Notes: generated from the sequence alone by a model not told the origin. DNA of 64,000 nucleotides from an uncultured Pseudomonadota bacterium (GCA_963843375.1 CAWJKT010000011.1:192001-256000); one strand, 5' to 3'; counted from the first letter of the stretch, positions 1-11,377 are shown. Numbers and translations: made by a program.

Positions 1-426
1 TATATATCGGATGCCTCCCATGTCCTTAAAGCTGACGAACCAAATGGGGCAGGAACTTGGGGGAGTCGATGAGCCAGTTGCCTTCCGAGTGCTGGATGAA
101 GTAACTATTGCCGCCAAAGGATTTGGGGGAATTAAAGCCACAATAAAAGACTTCCTCTTCAACGGGCAAGGGAAAATCACTCATGACCTCAGAGGAATGG
201 TTGGAATGAAAGTTCCGATGGAGCCAGTTGGGCAGGCGAGGAGGGCTTGGGTCGCGGCCCGGGTTTCTTCGGGCGTTTGGGGTTGGGATTGGACGAAGGA
301 AGTATTTCCGGCATCCTCAAAAATATTGGGAGCCAATTGACGGCAGGTATCGCAATCGATACAGGTGGAATCGACAAAGAACTCGCCATCCACATTTTCG
401 GAAATTCGTTTTTTGACGTCGGCCAT
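1..426 (-). CDS. Ferredoxin-domain / MBL-fold metallo-hydrolase, partial at window edge, two apparent frameshifts
   Basis: N-terminus VDSTCIDCDTCRQLAP...ACPTGSIG. After a shift near 205 the reading continues FPLPVEEEVFYCGFNSPKSFGGNSYFIQHSEGNWLIDSP, and after a second shift near 30 FKDMGGIRYI, as in this family. Confidence 0.7.
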
Positions 427-616
427 GGACTTCCTCGGTCAAACTAAATTTTTCGACGAATATTAAAAGCCGATCATTTTCACCATAAAATCCGGCCTCT
501 TTTAAGTTTGGGCTGGACTTGAAAGAAAAACAAGCCTCTGCTCAAATAAACAGCTAGAATAAATCCTCTTTCTAAAGCATAAAACAAAGCATCTAATTTT
601 TCGGGAGAGGTTTCCC

Positions 617-2153
617 ATGGCGACACCCATCCTTTTGGAAAATCCCCTGCGTCAAGGCTTGTCCTCCGATCGTGTTCCGGCTCCCTGTAGCCTTGTCATT
701 TACGGCGCCTCAGGAGACCTGACCCATCGTAAGCTGGTGCCGGCTCTTTTTGATCTTTACGAGAAACATCTTTTGCCCACTTCTTTCAGCCTGGTTGGCA
801 TTTCCCGCTCCAAGATGAGCGATGAGGAATTTAAGCAAAAACTAAAGGATTCCCTGAAGCAAGCCGAACCACAGTTGTCCGATTCCCTTTGGGACAGCTT
901 TTCCCAGAACTTCCATTACATTTCAGGCGGATATGATGACTTTAAGGCCTATCAAAGCCTTTCCGCCTTATTGGATGAGAAAGACAGGGATAATGGAACG
1001 TCCGGTAACCGCATTTTTTATCTTTCCACTCCGCCCAACGTTTTTGAGAACATCATTTCCAATCTGGGGGCGGCGGGTCTTGCTCGGGAGGATAAGGGAT
1101 ATTCGCGTATCGTCATTGAGAAACCCTTCGGCCACGACCTGGACTCGGCGAAGGAATTGAACCTTCGACGTGAAGGAAGTCTTCCGGGAACACCAGATTT
1201 ACCGAATCGACCATTACCTAGGCAAGGAAACAGTTCAAAATCTTTTGGTCATGCGATTCGCCAATTCCATTTTCGAGCCCATTTGGGATCGCCGACATGT
1301 TGACCATGTGCAAATCACCGCCTCAGAGGATTTGGGAGTCGGGAGCCGGGCCGGTTATTACGAAAGCTCCGGAATTTTGAGGGATATGTTCCAAAATCAC
1401 CTCTTCCAGGTCATGTGTCTGATTGCCATGGAGCCCCCAGTCAGTTATGAAGCCAATGCCATTCGGGACGAAAAATTGAAAATCCTAAAATCCATCCGTC
1501 CTTTCGATCAGCACACGCTGACCCAATGGACGGTGCGGGGGCAATATGGTCCCGGATACCTGGCGGGAGAAAGGGTCCCGGGTTACCGGCAGGAAGAGGG
1601 TGTTGACCCCAAGTCCATTACTCCTACCTATGCCGCCATCAAGATCTTCCTTGATACTTGGCGCTGGCACGGGGTGCCTTTCCTCCTTCGATCGGGCAAA
1701 CGCCTGCCGAAACGAACCACCGAAGTCGCTATCCAGTTCAAAGAGCCGCCGAACCTGTTATTTAAAAACAATGTGACCGACCTTTCCCCTAACGTATTAG
1801 TCGTTCGCATCCAGCCCGATGAAGGCATCACCCTGAAATTCGAGACCAAGGTGCCCGGCATGACCATGGAGGCCCGAACGGTCAATATGGATTTCCGCTA
1901 TGGGACGACTTTCGCTGAAGGCACTTCGGAAGCCTACGAAAGGTTGCTATTGGATTGCATGTTGGGGGACGCCACACTTTTTATCCGCGGCGACGAGACG
2001 GAAGCGGCTTGGGGCGCCCTGATGCCGGTTATCAAACACTGGGAAACCACCGAACCCGAGGAAGATTTTCCCAATTACGAGGCGGGAAGCTGGGGTCCGG
2101 CGGCGGCGGATCAAATGCTGGAAAAACCCTGGCGCAAGTGGCGGAGGTTGTAA
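617..2153 (+). CDS. zwf: Glucose-6-phosphate 1-dehydrogenase (frameshift near 1165-1170)
   Basis: GASGDL and IEKPFG in ORF 617..1303; RIDHYLGKETVQN and YERLLLD in ORF 1170..2153. The two halves join into one G6PDH. Confidence 0.95.
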
Positions 2154-2257
2154 CGTAGTTAACAGACCCTGGTCAAGATCGAATCGAGAGGTTTTAAAAA
2201 TCTCAATCTTTTTTGTCCACTGTCGGCCTTCAAGCCGGTTTTCATGAGGGGTCTCGA

Positions 2258-3370
2258 ATGACAATATCAGCCCAAACCATTGAAAAAGACGTGGCGGACC
2301 TTTGGAAAGACTCGTCCGAGGAAAAAGACAATGAATTAGGGCTCCAACGAGTTTATACCACTAACCTGGTGGCTTACGCTTCCGACCATCCCGAAGGATA
2401 TCGGGTGGAGCAGATTCTCAATGACCTGGCGGAAAAGCACCCGGGACGTTATATCCTGGTAAGACCTGCTGCCGACACCACCGAACCCCCCCTGCGTTAT
2501 TACGTTTCAGGCCATTGCCTATTCGGAGCAGGCCGTGAAAAGCGGGTCTGCTGCGATCTGATCAAGTTGGTGGCCCAGTCCGAGATCATCGAGAACTTAT
2601 ATGGCTTCACCTTCTCCCTGCTCATGCCCGATTTGCCGGTGGAATTCTGGTGGCCCGGTGATTTGCCCTATGAAAACCTCTATTTTGAAAAAATGGCTCA
2701 GGAATCCAACCGGGTATGGTTGGATTCCTCCAAGTTCAAGAAGCCCATACAGTCTTTCGCCCGACTTGCGGCCTTTTGGAACAGTCGGTATCCCCATACC
2801 CTTTTGGGGGACCTTAATTGGATTCGCATCCAAAGATGGCGGGCCCTGATCGCGGAAATGTTCGACGGGGAATGGTCCAGTTACCTCAAGGAAATCAGCC
2901 GGGTTACCATTGAGTACGGAGAGGGCACCCAGCCCACCCGGAGCTTTTTCCTGGCCTGTTGGTTGCCAGCCCGGTTGGGGTGGAAATACATAGGCCCCCG
3001 GCTTTCCGAGTTTACTCCCCAACTGGCTTTTGAAACGCCCCATGGAAAGGCGGAGGTGTTGCTGAAGGCCGTTCCTGTCCCGGATATCAAGCGGGACCGG
3101 ATTTTCGCCGTGGGCATCCAGACCGGAGAAGAAACCCCCGGTCTTTTTACCGTTGTCAGGGACGAAGATCCCCATTGCGTGATTGCCCGTTCGGAGGTCA
3201 ACCACAAAGTCGCATTTTCCCGCACTCTTTCCTTTGAGCACCTCCATTCCAATGAACTATTAAACCTGGGATTAAAGCATTTGGAAGAAGACTTGGTTTG
3301 GAAAAAGACCCTGCAATTCGCGGGGACGGTTTTGATGAAACCAAAATTAACACTCGAGGAAAAAGCATAG
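2258..3370 (+). CDS. opcA: G6PDH assembly protein OpcA
   Basis: LLMPDLPVEFWWPG and DLNWIRIQRWRALIA motifs; lies between zwf and pgl; ATG at 2258 after GAGGGG. Confidence 0.85.
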   Translation: MTISAQTIEKDVADLWKDSSEEKDNELGLQRVYTTNLVAYASDHPEGYRVEQILNDLAEKHPGRYILVRPAADTTEPPLRYYVSGHCLFGAGREKRVCCDLIKLVAQSEIIENLYGFTFSLLMPDLPVEFWWPGDLPYENLYFEKMAQESNRVWLDSSKFKKPIQSFARLAAFWNSRYPHTLLGDLNWIRIQRWRALIAEMFDGEWSSYLKEISRVTIEYGEGTQPTRSFFLACWLPARLGWKYIGPRLSEFTPQLAFETPHGKAEVLLKAVPVPDIKRDRIFAVGIQTGEETPGLFTVVRDEDPHCVIARSEVNHKVAFSRTLSFEHLHSNELLNLGLKHLEEDLVWKKTLQFAGTVLMKPKLTLEEKA

Positions 3371-3385
3371 GGGGTGGAGGAAGTC

Positions 3386-4247
3386 ATGGTCGTAAAGAAA
3401 AAGGCAGTTCATTCTGGATCCAAAGCAGCAAAAACCCCTCCGCGAAAGTTTCCACGAAAAAAGTTGTGCACTTAGTTTCAAAACCAGCAAAACTCCAAAC
3501 AATTAAAGTTCGAGCCCGAAATCCGCGTTTATTCCACTCCCGAGACTCTGGTCCAGGAGACGGCCCACCAGGTGATGCAACTCGCCCGGGAGGCGGTCAA
3601 CGAGCGTGGGCGTTTCGTAGCGGCTCTTTCCGGCGGCACGACCCCCAAGGGATTGTTCCAACAGTTGACTGAGGAACCCTACCAATCCCTGATTCCCTGG
3701 GACAAGACTTTTCTCTTCTTCGTAGATGAGCGTCATGTGCCGTTAACCGATGAGACAAGCAATTACCGCATGGCCCAGGAATACCTTCTTTCCAAAGCAC
3801 CCATACCCCCCGGCCAATATTTTTCCCATGACCGATGGTAGCCAATCGGTGGAAAGGGCGGCGTCTTCCTACGAAATCAAGATGGGAAAGTTTTTTGGGA
3901 CGAGTCTGCCACGCTTTGACCTGAGCCTCATGGGCATGGGTGATGATGGGCACACGGCCAGCCTCTTTCCCGGCATGCCCCAGGTGAACGAGCTGGAAAG
4001 ATGGGTGGTGGGCTATTTCGTGGATAAAGTCCGCAAAGAAAGGGTTTCCCTCACATTTCCTGTCCTTAACGCTTCGCGGTTCCTGTTGGTGCTATTGGAA
4101 GGGGAGAAAAAAGCCAAGATAGCCAAGGAAGTCCTGAAGGGCCCTTCGGATCCGCCCCGTTATCCGGTTCAATATTTGCGGCCTAAGGACGGGCGGTTGG
4201 TATTCGCATTGGACGAAGCGGCAGCCTCGTTACTTAAATCAAAATAG
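3386..4247 (+). CDS. pgl: 6-phosphogluconolactonase (several apparent frameshifts)
   Basis: ALSGGTTP and DERHVP in ORF 3572..3841; GMGDDGHTASLFP in ORF 3750..4247; GGAGG RBS before ATG 3386. Confidence 0.9.
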
Positions 4248-4348
4248 TGGCTCTGCGGGTTGGATTCTAAGCCTAGTCTCCCTTTGCTTCTAAAAGGCGG
4301 TTTAGCATCCTCATAAATAATATGATTCGTCTTGGTTTCATAGGTTGG

Positions 4349-4927
4349 TTACCATCGAACACTGCCGAATTCAAATAGTACCCAGAATCCCTGAAAAATA
4401 CCTATAAAAAGTAAAAGAGCCTGGACCCAGGGAGAAATATTCCTGCGCCAGAGAATTCCAATACAAATCAAAACGATCAACCATTCCAAAGGCGCTACGA
4501 TTTCGGCGTGGTATCTGGGATCTACATAGGAGATGGGGCTGTAAAACTGCCAGTTGCTGAAGGGTAAAAAATGCCGGTGAGGGGAATCGGAATGAACAGG
4601 AAGGTCTTCCAAGTCATGCAGCCCCATGGCCGTGAAGAAATAAAGCCCCCCTTTGCTTTGCAAGAAAAGACAGACGAGCATTCCTGCCATAGCCAAGGGA
4701 ATGGAATGGCCCCAATCCACCCAAAGTTGGCGGAAATGATATTCGCTTATAAAAGCTGATTTTCCGGGAGCTTGAAAGCGGCCACCCGTAAAAATCGTTA
4801 AGAGGGCGAATAAAATCATCGGAATATCAGGAACAATCGAACCCAATACGATGGGCCAGTTCCGTTCCGGGTTTTTTTTACGGCCCAAAAGAGCTGTATT
4901 CAAAATAGCGTGGGTAGTAGTAATCAT
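4349..4927 (-). CDS. Membrane-bound putative metal-dependent hydrolase (YdjM-like)
   Basis: TxxH near N-terminus, GSIVPD, HS and HxxxD motifs among hydrophobic segments. Confidence 0.55.
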   Translation of the reverse strand: MITTTHAILNTALLGRKKNPERNWPIVLGSIVPDIPMILFALLTIFTGGRFQAPGKSAFISEYHFRQLWVDWGHSIPLAMAGMLVCLFLQSKGGLYFFTAMGLHDLEDLPVHSDSPHRHFLPFSNWQFYSPISYVDPRYHAEIVAPLEWLIVLICIGILWRRNISPWVQALLLFIGIFQGFWVLFEFGSVRW

Positions 4928-4990
4928 GACCTATCCCTCAAAAAATTTTCAGAAATCACACCCTTAATAGAAGAGGGGTGTGGGGGATAG

Positions 4991-7000
4991 TTACTTAAGT
5001 GAAGAGATGCTTTCTTTCGCAGCCTTCACCACGTTTTCGGTTGTAAAACCCAGGTTTTTCAAGGCTACATTGCCGGGGGCACTTGCGCCAAAGCGTTCCA
5101 GGGTGACGAACCGGCCATGAGAACCCGCCCAGCGGTGCCAGCCGAAGGAAGTTGCCGCTTCCACGATCACCCGAGCCTTCACCGAAGGCGGAAGAATCTC
5201 GTCCTGGTAAGAAGCGGGTTGAGCGGCGAAAAGTTCCAATGAGGGAGCACTAACCACACGGGCGGAGACACCTTCTTTTTCCAGAGCTTCCTGAGCCTTT
5301 ACGCAAAGTTGCAACTCGGAACCGGTGCCAATGAGAATCACCTGGGGCTTAGCGCTCTTAGCCTCCGAGAGGGTATAGGCACCCTTCAGGGTCCCGGAAG
5401 CCGGGGCGAACTTGGTTCGATCGAAAGTCGGCATGGTCTGGCGGGAGAAGACCAGGGCAGTTGGGGCATTTTTACGCTGCAGGGCCATCAGCCAGGAATA
5501 GGTCACCTCGTTGGAATCTCCGGGGCGGATCACGCAGGCGTTCGGGGTTGCCCGCATAGCCGCCAGGGTCTCCACCGGCTGATGGGTAGGGCCGTCCTCG
5601 CCCTGGCCGATGGAATCGTGCGTGTAAACAAAGATGGATTGCACGCCCATCAGGTGGGCTAGGCGGTAGGCGGGTTTCATATAGTCGTTGAACATCAGGA
5701 AGGTGGCACCGAATGGAATGACGCCGCCATGAAGGGCCATGCCGTTTAGGGAAGCAGCCATGCCGTGCTCGCGGATACCGAAGTGGAAGACCCGGTTGGC
5801 ATAATGGCCCGCCTCGTAATCGCCGCCGCCTTCGATCAAGGTATCGTTGGAACCGGCCAAGTCCGCCGAACCACCGTAGAAGAAAGGTACTTCCTTCGCG
5901 ATGACGTTGATGGTCTTGCCCGAAGCCTGGCGGGTGGCCAGGCCCTTTTCGTCCGCCGGAAATACCGGCAGTTTATTTTCCAAGTCCGCGGGAAGTTCTT
6001 TAGACAAGGACTGCTGGAACTGCTTGTACTTGTCGGGGTTGGACTTGGCATAGGCGTCGCGTTTAGCATTCCAGTCCGCCTCAACTTTTTTGCCTTTTTC
6101 CACCGACTCCAAACAGCGCTTCTTGGCTTCCTCAGGAATATAGAAGGTTGGCTCCTGGGGCCATTTGAAGAATTCCTTGGTCTTCACGATCATGTCGGCC
6201 GGGATGGCGCTTCCATGCACCTTGGCGCTGTCCTGCAGAGGGCTACCGTAGCCGATGTGGGAGCGTACGGCGATGATTGTTGGTTTTTGGGTCTCAGCCC
6301 TGGCTTCGGCCATGGCCTTGTCCAGGGCTTCCAGGTCATTGGCGTCGGTGACCCGAATGGTATGCCACCCGTAAGCCTCGTAGCGTTTCAAGACGTCCTC
6401 GGTGAAGGCCAGGTTGGTGTCGCCCTCAATGGAAATATGGTTGTCATCGTAAATAACTTTGAGGTTGGCCAACTTCAAGTGACCGGCCAGGGAAGAGGCT
6501 TCGTGGGAGACGCCTTCTTGCAGGTCGCCGTCGGAGGCGATGACCCAGGTTTTATGGTTCACCAGTTCGTCCCCGAAGCGGGCGGCCATGATCCTTTCGC
6601 CCATGGCGAAACCCACGGCGGTGGCAATGCCCTGGCCTAGGGGGCCGGTGGTGGTTTCGACGCCCTCCGTGTGGCCGTATTCGGGATGGCCGGGAGTTTT
6701 GCTGCCCCATTGACGGAAGTTCTTCAGTTCTTCCAGGGAAAGGTTGTAGCCGTGCAGGTGCAGGAGGGAGTAAATGAGCATGGAACCGTGGCCTGCGGAA
6801 AGCACGAAACGGTCCCGGTCCGTCCAGTGAGGGTTGGAAGGCGAATGTTTCAGGTGGCGGCTCCAGAGGACGTGGGCGACGGCCGCCATGCCCATGGGCA
6901 TGCCGGGATGCCCCGAATTGGCCTTGGCGGTAGCGTCTACGGCCAGCATCCGGATGGTGTTGACGGCTAGGGTATCGGCTTGGTCAAAGGGTTTGGACAT
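4991..7000 (-). CDS. tkt: Transketolase
   Basis: [27 protein letters not shown] and GEDGPTHQP motifs; 669 aa. Confidence 0.98.
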   Translation of the reverse strand: MSKPFDQADTLAVNTIRMLAVDATAKANSGHPGMPMGMAAVAHVLWSRHLKHSPSNPHWTDRDRFVLSAGHGSMLIYSLLHLHGYNLSLEELKNFRQWGSKTPGHPEYGHTEGVETTTGPLGQGIATAVGFAMGERIMAARFGDELVNHKTWVIASDGDLQEGVSHEASSLAGHLKLANLKVIYDDNHISIEGDTNLAFTEDVLKRYEAYGWHTIRVTDANDLEALDKAMAEARAETQKPTIIAVRSHIGYGSPLQDSAKVHGSAIPADMIVKTKEFFKWPQEPTFYIPEEAKKRCLESVEKGKKVEADWNAKRDAYAKSNPDKYKQFQQSLSKELPADLENKLPVFPADEKGLATRQASGKTINVIAKEVPFFYGGSADLAGSNDTLIEGGGDYEAGHYANRVFHFGIREHGMAASLNGMALHGGVIPFGATFLMFNDYMKPAYRLAHLMGVQSIFVYTHDSIGQGEDGPTHQPVETLAAMRATPNACVIRPGDSNEVTYSWLMALQRKNAPTALVFSRQTMPTFDRTKFAPASGTLKGAYTLSEAKSAKPQVILIGTGSELQLCVKAQEALEKEGVSARVVSAPSLELFAAQPASYQDEILPPSVKARVIVEAATSFGWHRWAGSHGRFVTLERFGASAPGNVALKNLGFTTENVVKAAKESISSLK

Positions 7001-7070
7001 GAAAGGCTCCTTTGTTCAGAAGATGGAAAGGCTCGCCAAAAGGACGAATAAGGTCCCTATCTTATGGGCA

Positions 7071-7421
7071 ATGGAGAATGAAAAAAAGTCCATTCCGGGG
7101 TGTTATTTTACGCTGGCGGAAGATATTTCCGGTATCTGCCAGGCTTTGGCGGAAGGTAAAGGCGATGTTGAAGAAATGGGAGCCGGGAAAGACCAACGAG
7201 CGGAAAACGGTGCCAATCTAATTGTTCGTATCGCACCCGACCGGCGATGGAAAAATTTCCATCAGGTATTGGAACTGGAATTGGAGCGAGTCCGAACCCT
7301 TAAACAGTCATTGGAGACTCTCCGAAGTTTTCCAGGCCTTTCATGGAACAAGGCAGGAAAAATGTCGTTCGAGAAACGCCTAGCGGAAAACATTAAACCC
7401 ACGGGTCACAAAAGACCTTGA
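7071..7421 (+). CDS. Hypothetical protein
   Basis: Non-overlapping 3' part of ORF 6834..7421, from ATG 7071; no recognised motif. Confidence 0.45.
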   Translation: MENEKKSIPGCYFTLAEDISGICQALAEGKGDVEEMGAGKDQRAENGANLIVRIAPDRRWKNFHQVLELELERVRTLKQSLETLRSFPGLSWNKAGKMSFEKRLAENIKPTGHKRP

Positions 7422-7441
7422 CGGCTGGGGGCTTAAAATGA

Positions 7442-7864
7442 TTAGAGGGGTTTGCGGGTTTGGAAGCCGCCCTGTAGGGTATGCCAATGACTTATTTCGG
7501 CTTCACCTTCCTTCCAACAAAGATAAACAATCTCTCGACCCCTGCGGTAGTAAAAATCCACCAATCCAGTATCCAAGTCCTTCAAATGGGCGCCCGATTG
7601 AAATAGTTGTTCCAATTTTTCCTCAAATTGGCGGGTTTGGCGGTGAAAAGCCTCCATTTGCTTCGTAACGGCGGCTTTACCCCTGGGGGAAAGTTCTCCA
7701 TCGGAAACGGTATTCGTCATTTCCTCGATCTCAATTTGGGCCTGGGTGCGTAAAATCACCGATCGCATTTCCCGAAGCAATTTTAATGTCAGGCGGACTT
7801 GGGGAAGCAGGGCGTTGGCCTCTTCCAGGGTCAGCATTTTAATTTGGGTGTCATCGTTGGGCAT
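7442..7864 (-). CDS. DUF2203 family protein
   Basis: TLEEANALLP...KDLDTGLVDF...YLCWKEGE...WH...GF..RKPL signature. Confidence 0.85.
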   Translation of the reverse strand: MPNDDTQIKMLTLEEANALLPQVRLTLKLLREMRSVILRTQAQIEIEEMTNTVSDGELSPRGKAAVTKQMEAFHRQTRQFEEKLEQLFQSGAHLKDLDTGLVDFYYRRGREIVYLCWKEGEAEISHWHTLQGGFQTRKPL

Positions 7865-7962
7865 TGGATTCCTTGTTCGTCTTGGTTTATTGTAACAGTC
7901 GGGGGAAAAAGTCCCAACCCCGACTTTTGACAGCCTTTAAAATCGCTTTGAATGGGTATTTG

Positions 7963-8973
7963 ATGAGCTATGACAAAATCGAACGGCGGCTCTTGGAATA
8001 TGCCGTTCTGGCGCCTTCTATTTATAACAGCCAGCCCTGGAAGTTCGCTCTTGCCCCCTCGGAGGGCTCGATTGAGATTTATCCGGATGAAGCGAGGGCT
8101 AGGCCCTTGGAATTAGACCCCGCCCAGAGGGATTTGTACCTGGCATTGGGCTCCTGCATTGAGAACTTGGCCCTAGCTGGGCCCGCCTTGGGATACTCGG
8201 TCCATGAAACGCTTTTTCCCCGAGGCTTATCAGAGAGAAAACTTTTTCCCGCCGCTCGTTTGGAATTGCGCCCCCTTTCGGAGGTGATGCCCGAGCCCCT
8301 CTTTTCCACTTTGTTGATCCGCCATTCCCACCCGGGAGCCTATAAGCCGGCATCAGTGGGAGATATACATTTGGAAAGGCTGCGGGTTATTCCGGCCTTT
8401 TCTGAACAGGAAAAAATTCATTTCATGACAGAGGAATCCAAACGAAATGAATTATCCCTGCTTTTGCACGATCTCTCCCACGAGGGTGCCCAAAAAACGG
8501 CAATGGTCCAAGAAGGAGCTCGATGGATCACCCCAAAATCCAATGGACAGGAAGGAATGCCGATGGCCCATATCGGATTACCAATGTCAGTGAAAGTCCG
8601 TTTCGCTTTTTTGAGGTACTTGGCCCTTGGAAAGGAAATCAAGGAAGTCGCCCGCCAGGCGCTTTTGCGCCAGGGGCACGGAATCGACGCCCCTGCTTTT
8701 TTACTGATGACCACCCGGAATCCGGGTTCCCTGGGATATTTAAAGGCGGGACGATGGGCGCAGAGGATTCTGCTCACTTTAAATGAAATGGAATTGGGTT
8801 TCCAAATCCTCCATCTTCCGATTTCACTCTCTTTCTGCCACGCTGATTTGCGGCAAAGGTTTGGGGCGGCGGAAGGGGAAGAGCCGGTTTTACTCGTTCG
8901 TTTTGGCCAGCCGGAAAGTAAGCGGTGGCCCCCGACCCATCGGAGGCCGATCGAAGAAGTTCTTCAAAAATAA
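7963..8973 (+). CDS. Acg-like nitroreductase family protein
   Basis: LAPSIYNSQPWKF, D..R.L..ALG..IEN and C-terminal VRFG...RRP. Start placed at ATG 7963. Confidence 0.8.
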   Translation: MSYDKIERRLLEYAVLAPSIYNSQPWKFALAPSEGSIEIYPDEARARPLELDPAQRDLYLALGSCIENLALAGPALGYSVHETLFPRGLSERKLFPAARLELRPLSEVMPEPLFSTLLIRHSHPGAYKPASVGDIHLERLRVIPAFSEQEKIHFMTEESKRNELSLLLHDLSHEGAQKTAMVQEGARWITPKSNGQEGMPMAHIGLPMSVKVRFAFLRYLALGKEIKEVARQALLRQGHGIDAPAFLLMTTRNPGSLGYLKAGRWAQRILLTLNEMELGFQILHLPISLSFCHADLRQRFGAAEGEEPVLLVRFGQPESKRWPPTHRRPIEEVLQK

Positions 8974-8985
8974 GCGTCATCCTTC

Positions 8986-9014
8986 TTGACATTAATTACC
9001 AGATGCAATAAATT
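8986..9014 (+). promoter_or_regulatory. Sigma70-type promoter for the Fur/PerR gene, probably leaderless
   Basis: TTGACA (8986-8991), 17 bp, TAAATT (9009-9014), then 7 nt to ATG 9022; overlapped by two copies of AATTACCA. Confidence 0.55.
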
Positions 9015-9021
9015 ACCATCT

Positions 9022-9516
9022 ATGAAAACTCTTCGGCTTAACTCGACTCACGAAAAAATGCAGACCTTCGAGAAACTCTGCCGGGAACAAGGATTGCCCC
9101 TGACGGTTCAGCGCCGGGTTATCCTGGAATCTCTGGTGGGAAGGCTGGACCATCCGACCGCCGACCAGGTTTTTGAAACCGCCGCCCACCGCCTGCCCGG
9201 CCTCTCCCGGACCACCGTTTATCGTGTTTTGGAAACACTCGTGGAATTGGGAATCATTCATAAGGCCAACCATCTGGGGTCGGCGGCGCGTTATGACCCC
9301 AATACCGACCGCCATCACCATTTGACCTGCTTTTCCTGCAACAAGGTTGTTGATATGGAAGAAGAGGCGGTGCGGGAATTAGCTATTCCTAAAGGAGCGA
9401 TGAAAGGGTTTGAAATCACCGATTATTCGGTTCACTTCAAGGGTTATTGCGGGGACTGCTCGAAAAGCATGAAAAGATCCCTTAATCCAGGCCGGAAGAT
9501 GGTGAAACCGAGGTAA
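9022..9516 (+). CDS. Fur-family transcriptional repressor (PerR-like)
   Basis: TVQRRVI, HPTAD, SRTTVYR, HHHLTCFSC and GYCGDC; directly upstream of a peroxiredoxin. Confidence 0.9.
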   Translation: MKTLRLNSTHEKMQTFEKLCREQGLPLTVQRRVILESLVGRLDHPTADQVFETAAHRLPGLSRTTVYRVLETLVELGIIHKANHLGSAARYDPNTDRHHHLTCFSCNKVVDMEEEAVRELAIPKGAMKGFEITDYSVHFKGYCGDCSKSMKRSLNPGRKMVKPR

Positions 9517-9631
9517 CCTGCGGTTCCAGGTTTAAATTTCACCCGAGGGCTTGAACCGGAGCCCTGGGGTTTGGATACTACCGCTCTCTTGATTGGGCGG
9601 TGGATTTTTTAAATGAAAAAGGAGGCGTGTG

Positions 9632-10153
9632 ATGCCAGTACAAGTGGGACAAAAAGCCCCTGACTTTCAGGGACAAGCGGTGATGCCGAATGGCGAGTTC
9701 AAGGAAGTGAAATTATCGGACTATAAGGGAAAGTGGGTAGTCTTGTTTTTTTACCCCCTGGACTTCACTTTCGTCTGCCCGACGGAAATCAAAGCCTTCA
9801 ATGAGAAGTATGAGGAGTTCAAAAAGATGGGAGCTGAAGTCATCACGGCCTCCACTGACAGTGTCTATAGCCATAAGGCTTGGCAGGAAGCCGGATTGGG
9901 CAAGTTGAAGTTCCCGCATTTGGCGGACACGGCCCACCACATTTCCCGCGCCTATGGCGTCTTGATCGAGGATAAGGGAATCGCCCTGCGCGGCACCTTC
10001 GTCATTGATCCCGAGGGAAATTTAAAACACGCCACCGTGAACGATACGGCGGTCGGCCGGAATGTGGAAGAAACCATCCGTACCTTAGCGGCTTTTGAAA
10101 CCGGTAAGTTGACAGGTTGCGGCTGGACACCGGGACAAAAGACGATTAATTAA
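9632..10153 (+). CDS. ahpC: Peroxiredoxin (AhpC/TSA)
   Basis: FYPLDFTFVCPTE, ALRGTF, VGRN and C-terminal CGW.PG. Confidence 0.93.
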   Translation: MPVQVGQKAPDFQGQAVMPNGEFKEVKLSDYKGKWVVLFFYPLDFTFVCPTEIKAFNEKYEEFKKMGAEVITASTDSVYSHKAWQEAGLGKLKFPHLADTAHHISRAYGVLIEDKGIALRGTFVIDPEGNLKHATVNDTAVGRNVEETIRTLAAFETGKLTGCGWTPGQKTIN

Positions 10154-10170
10154 GTTCTAGGATATGTTTT

Positions 10171-10202
10171 AAAGGGGAACCCCTGCCGGGTTCCCCTTTT
10201 TT
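10171..10202. terminator. Bidirectional intrinsic terminator
   Basis: AAAGGGGAACCC ctgcc GGGTTCCCCTTT plus T-run, between convergent genes. Confidence 0.8.
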
Positions 10203-10204
10203 AT

Positions 10205-11377
10205 TTATAAAGCAGGACGATTAAGGGTAACGTCGCCCGAAGGCGGTGGCGGCTCCGGTTTTTCTTCGGCATGAGTGACGATGATAGTTTTGCCTTTTAA
10301 CATCGGAAAAAAGAAGCGGTTGGAAAGACGGGGAGTATAAAGATAGTTCGACATACCTTTGCCCTGGAGGGTTTTATTTCCGTCGCTCCATTGAATCTGG
10401 TCCTCAAATATCAGCGAAACCGGGCCGTCCCCCAGGATTTGATGATGGTTGATACCCAAAGTTTGGGCGTCGGTGAACCCCAGGCTTTTTTGATAAGGAA
10501 GCCAGAAAAAATTCCGGCGGTTTTTTGAGAGTTCGAAGGCCGCCTGCCAGGTTTGAATCCCGGAGGGGCCCGCGGTCAGGAAAAATCCTTCCGTATTCTC
10601 TTCCCCTTCGGTTGGAATTTGTACCGAATAAACCAGGGTTTCATCGCCCAAAAAAGCCCGGCCCCAATGCCAGGCCTTCACGAAGCGGTCCAAGGGAACA
10701 GATCCAAAATGGTGGTCGTGATACCCTTTTCCTACAAATGGCTGTTCTTTTTCCGATTCTCCCTGAGCATCCACCCATTGCAGAGTCCCCTCCACGTGAC
10801 AAATAGGCGCAGCCAAGACCCAGCTATGAGTGGAATGAATTTCATTCGCAGGAAGAGAGGGAAATTGGGTCAAAAGCGGGGTGAAAAAGAGCCGGGCACG
10901 CAGGAGTTTTTTGCCCCCTTTTACCGGGGCCTGTACAGTTACGGTATAGGATGGGGGATCACCCCTTTCGTCCCAGTTAAAACGGTTAGGCCCCAGTAAA
11001 ACGGCGCCTTGTTTATCCGAAGCTTTCAGAAATGTACCGGAGAACTCCTGGAGACTCTCGCCTACCAAGTTGCCTTTATGGAAAATACGAAAAGTGACCC
11101 CGCAATAGTCCAAAGGATTCGGCTGGCTCACCCCAGATGGATTCGGCGCTTTTTCAGGGGGGGCCGAGTAAGCGACCGTCAGGGGTGATTTTGTTTTTTC
11201 CCAATAGGTTTTCAGGCTATCTTGGTAATAGGCGGAAAAAAGGTTGCCCGCGAAAAATTGGATAGAGAAAGAGTAGCCCGTTTTTTCGTCCGTGGCGTCG
11301 AAGTGCCACCATTCGTAGGCTCCTGGCGCCTTTTGGGGGCGGTGGAAATCCTGGTTCACTCCCGTTAAGAGGTTCAT
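10205..11377 (-). CDS. Carotenoid 1,2-hydratase (CrtC)-like / lipocalin-fold protein
   Basis: GAYEWWHFDA and GKGYHDHHFG...WHWGR motifs of the CrtC/AttH/tocopherol cyclase clan. Confidence 0.65.
   Translation of the reverse strand: MNLLTGVNQDFHRPQKAPGAYEWWHFDATDEKTGYSFSIQFFAGNLFSAYYQDSLKTYWEKTKSPLTVAYSAPPEKAPNPSGVSQPNPLDYCGVTFRIFHKGNLVGESLQEFSGTFLKASDKQGAVLLGPNRFNWDERGDPPSYTVTVQAPVKGGKKLLRARLFFTPLLTQFPSLPANEIHSTHSWVLAAPICHVEGTLQWVDAQGESEKEQPFVGKGYHDHHFGSVPLDRFVKAWHWGRAFLGDETLVYSVQIPTEGEENTEGFFLTAGPSGIQTWQAAFELSKNRRNFFWLPYQKSLGFTDAQTLGINHHQILGDGPVSLIFEDQIQWSDGNKTLQGKGMSNYLYTPRLSNRFFFPMLKGKTIIVTHAEEKPEPPPPSGDVTLNRPAL

Noticed and set aside
1160..1175. Programmed ribosomal frameshift in zwf
   Set aside because: No slippery heptamer, and neighbouring genes carry similar indels.
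5309..6970. Long plus-strand ORFs opposite tkt
   Set aside because: Antisense shadow frames of a strongly codon-biased gene.
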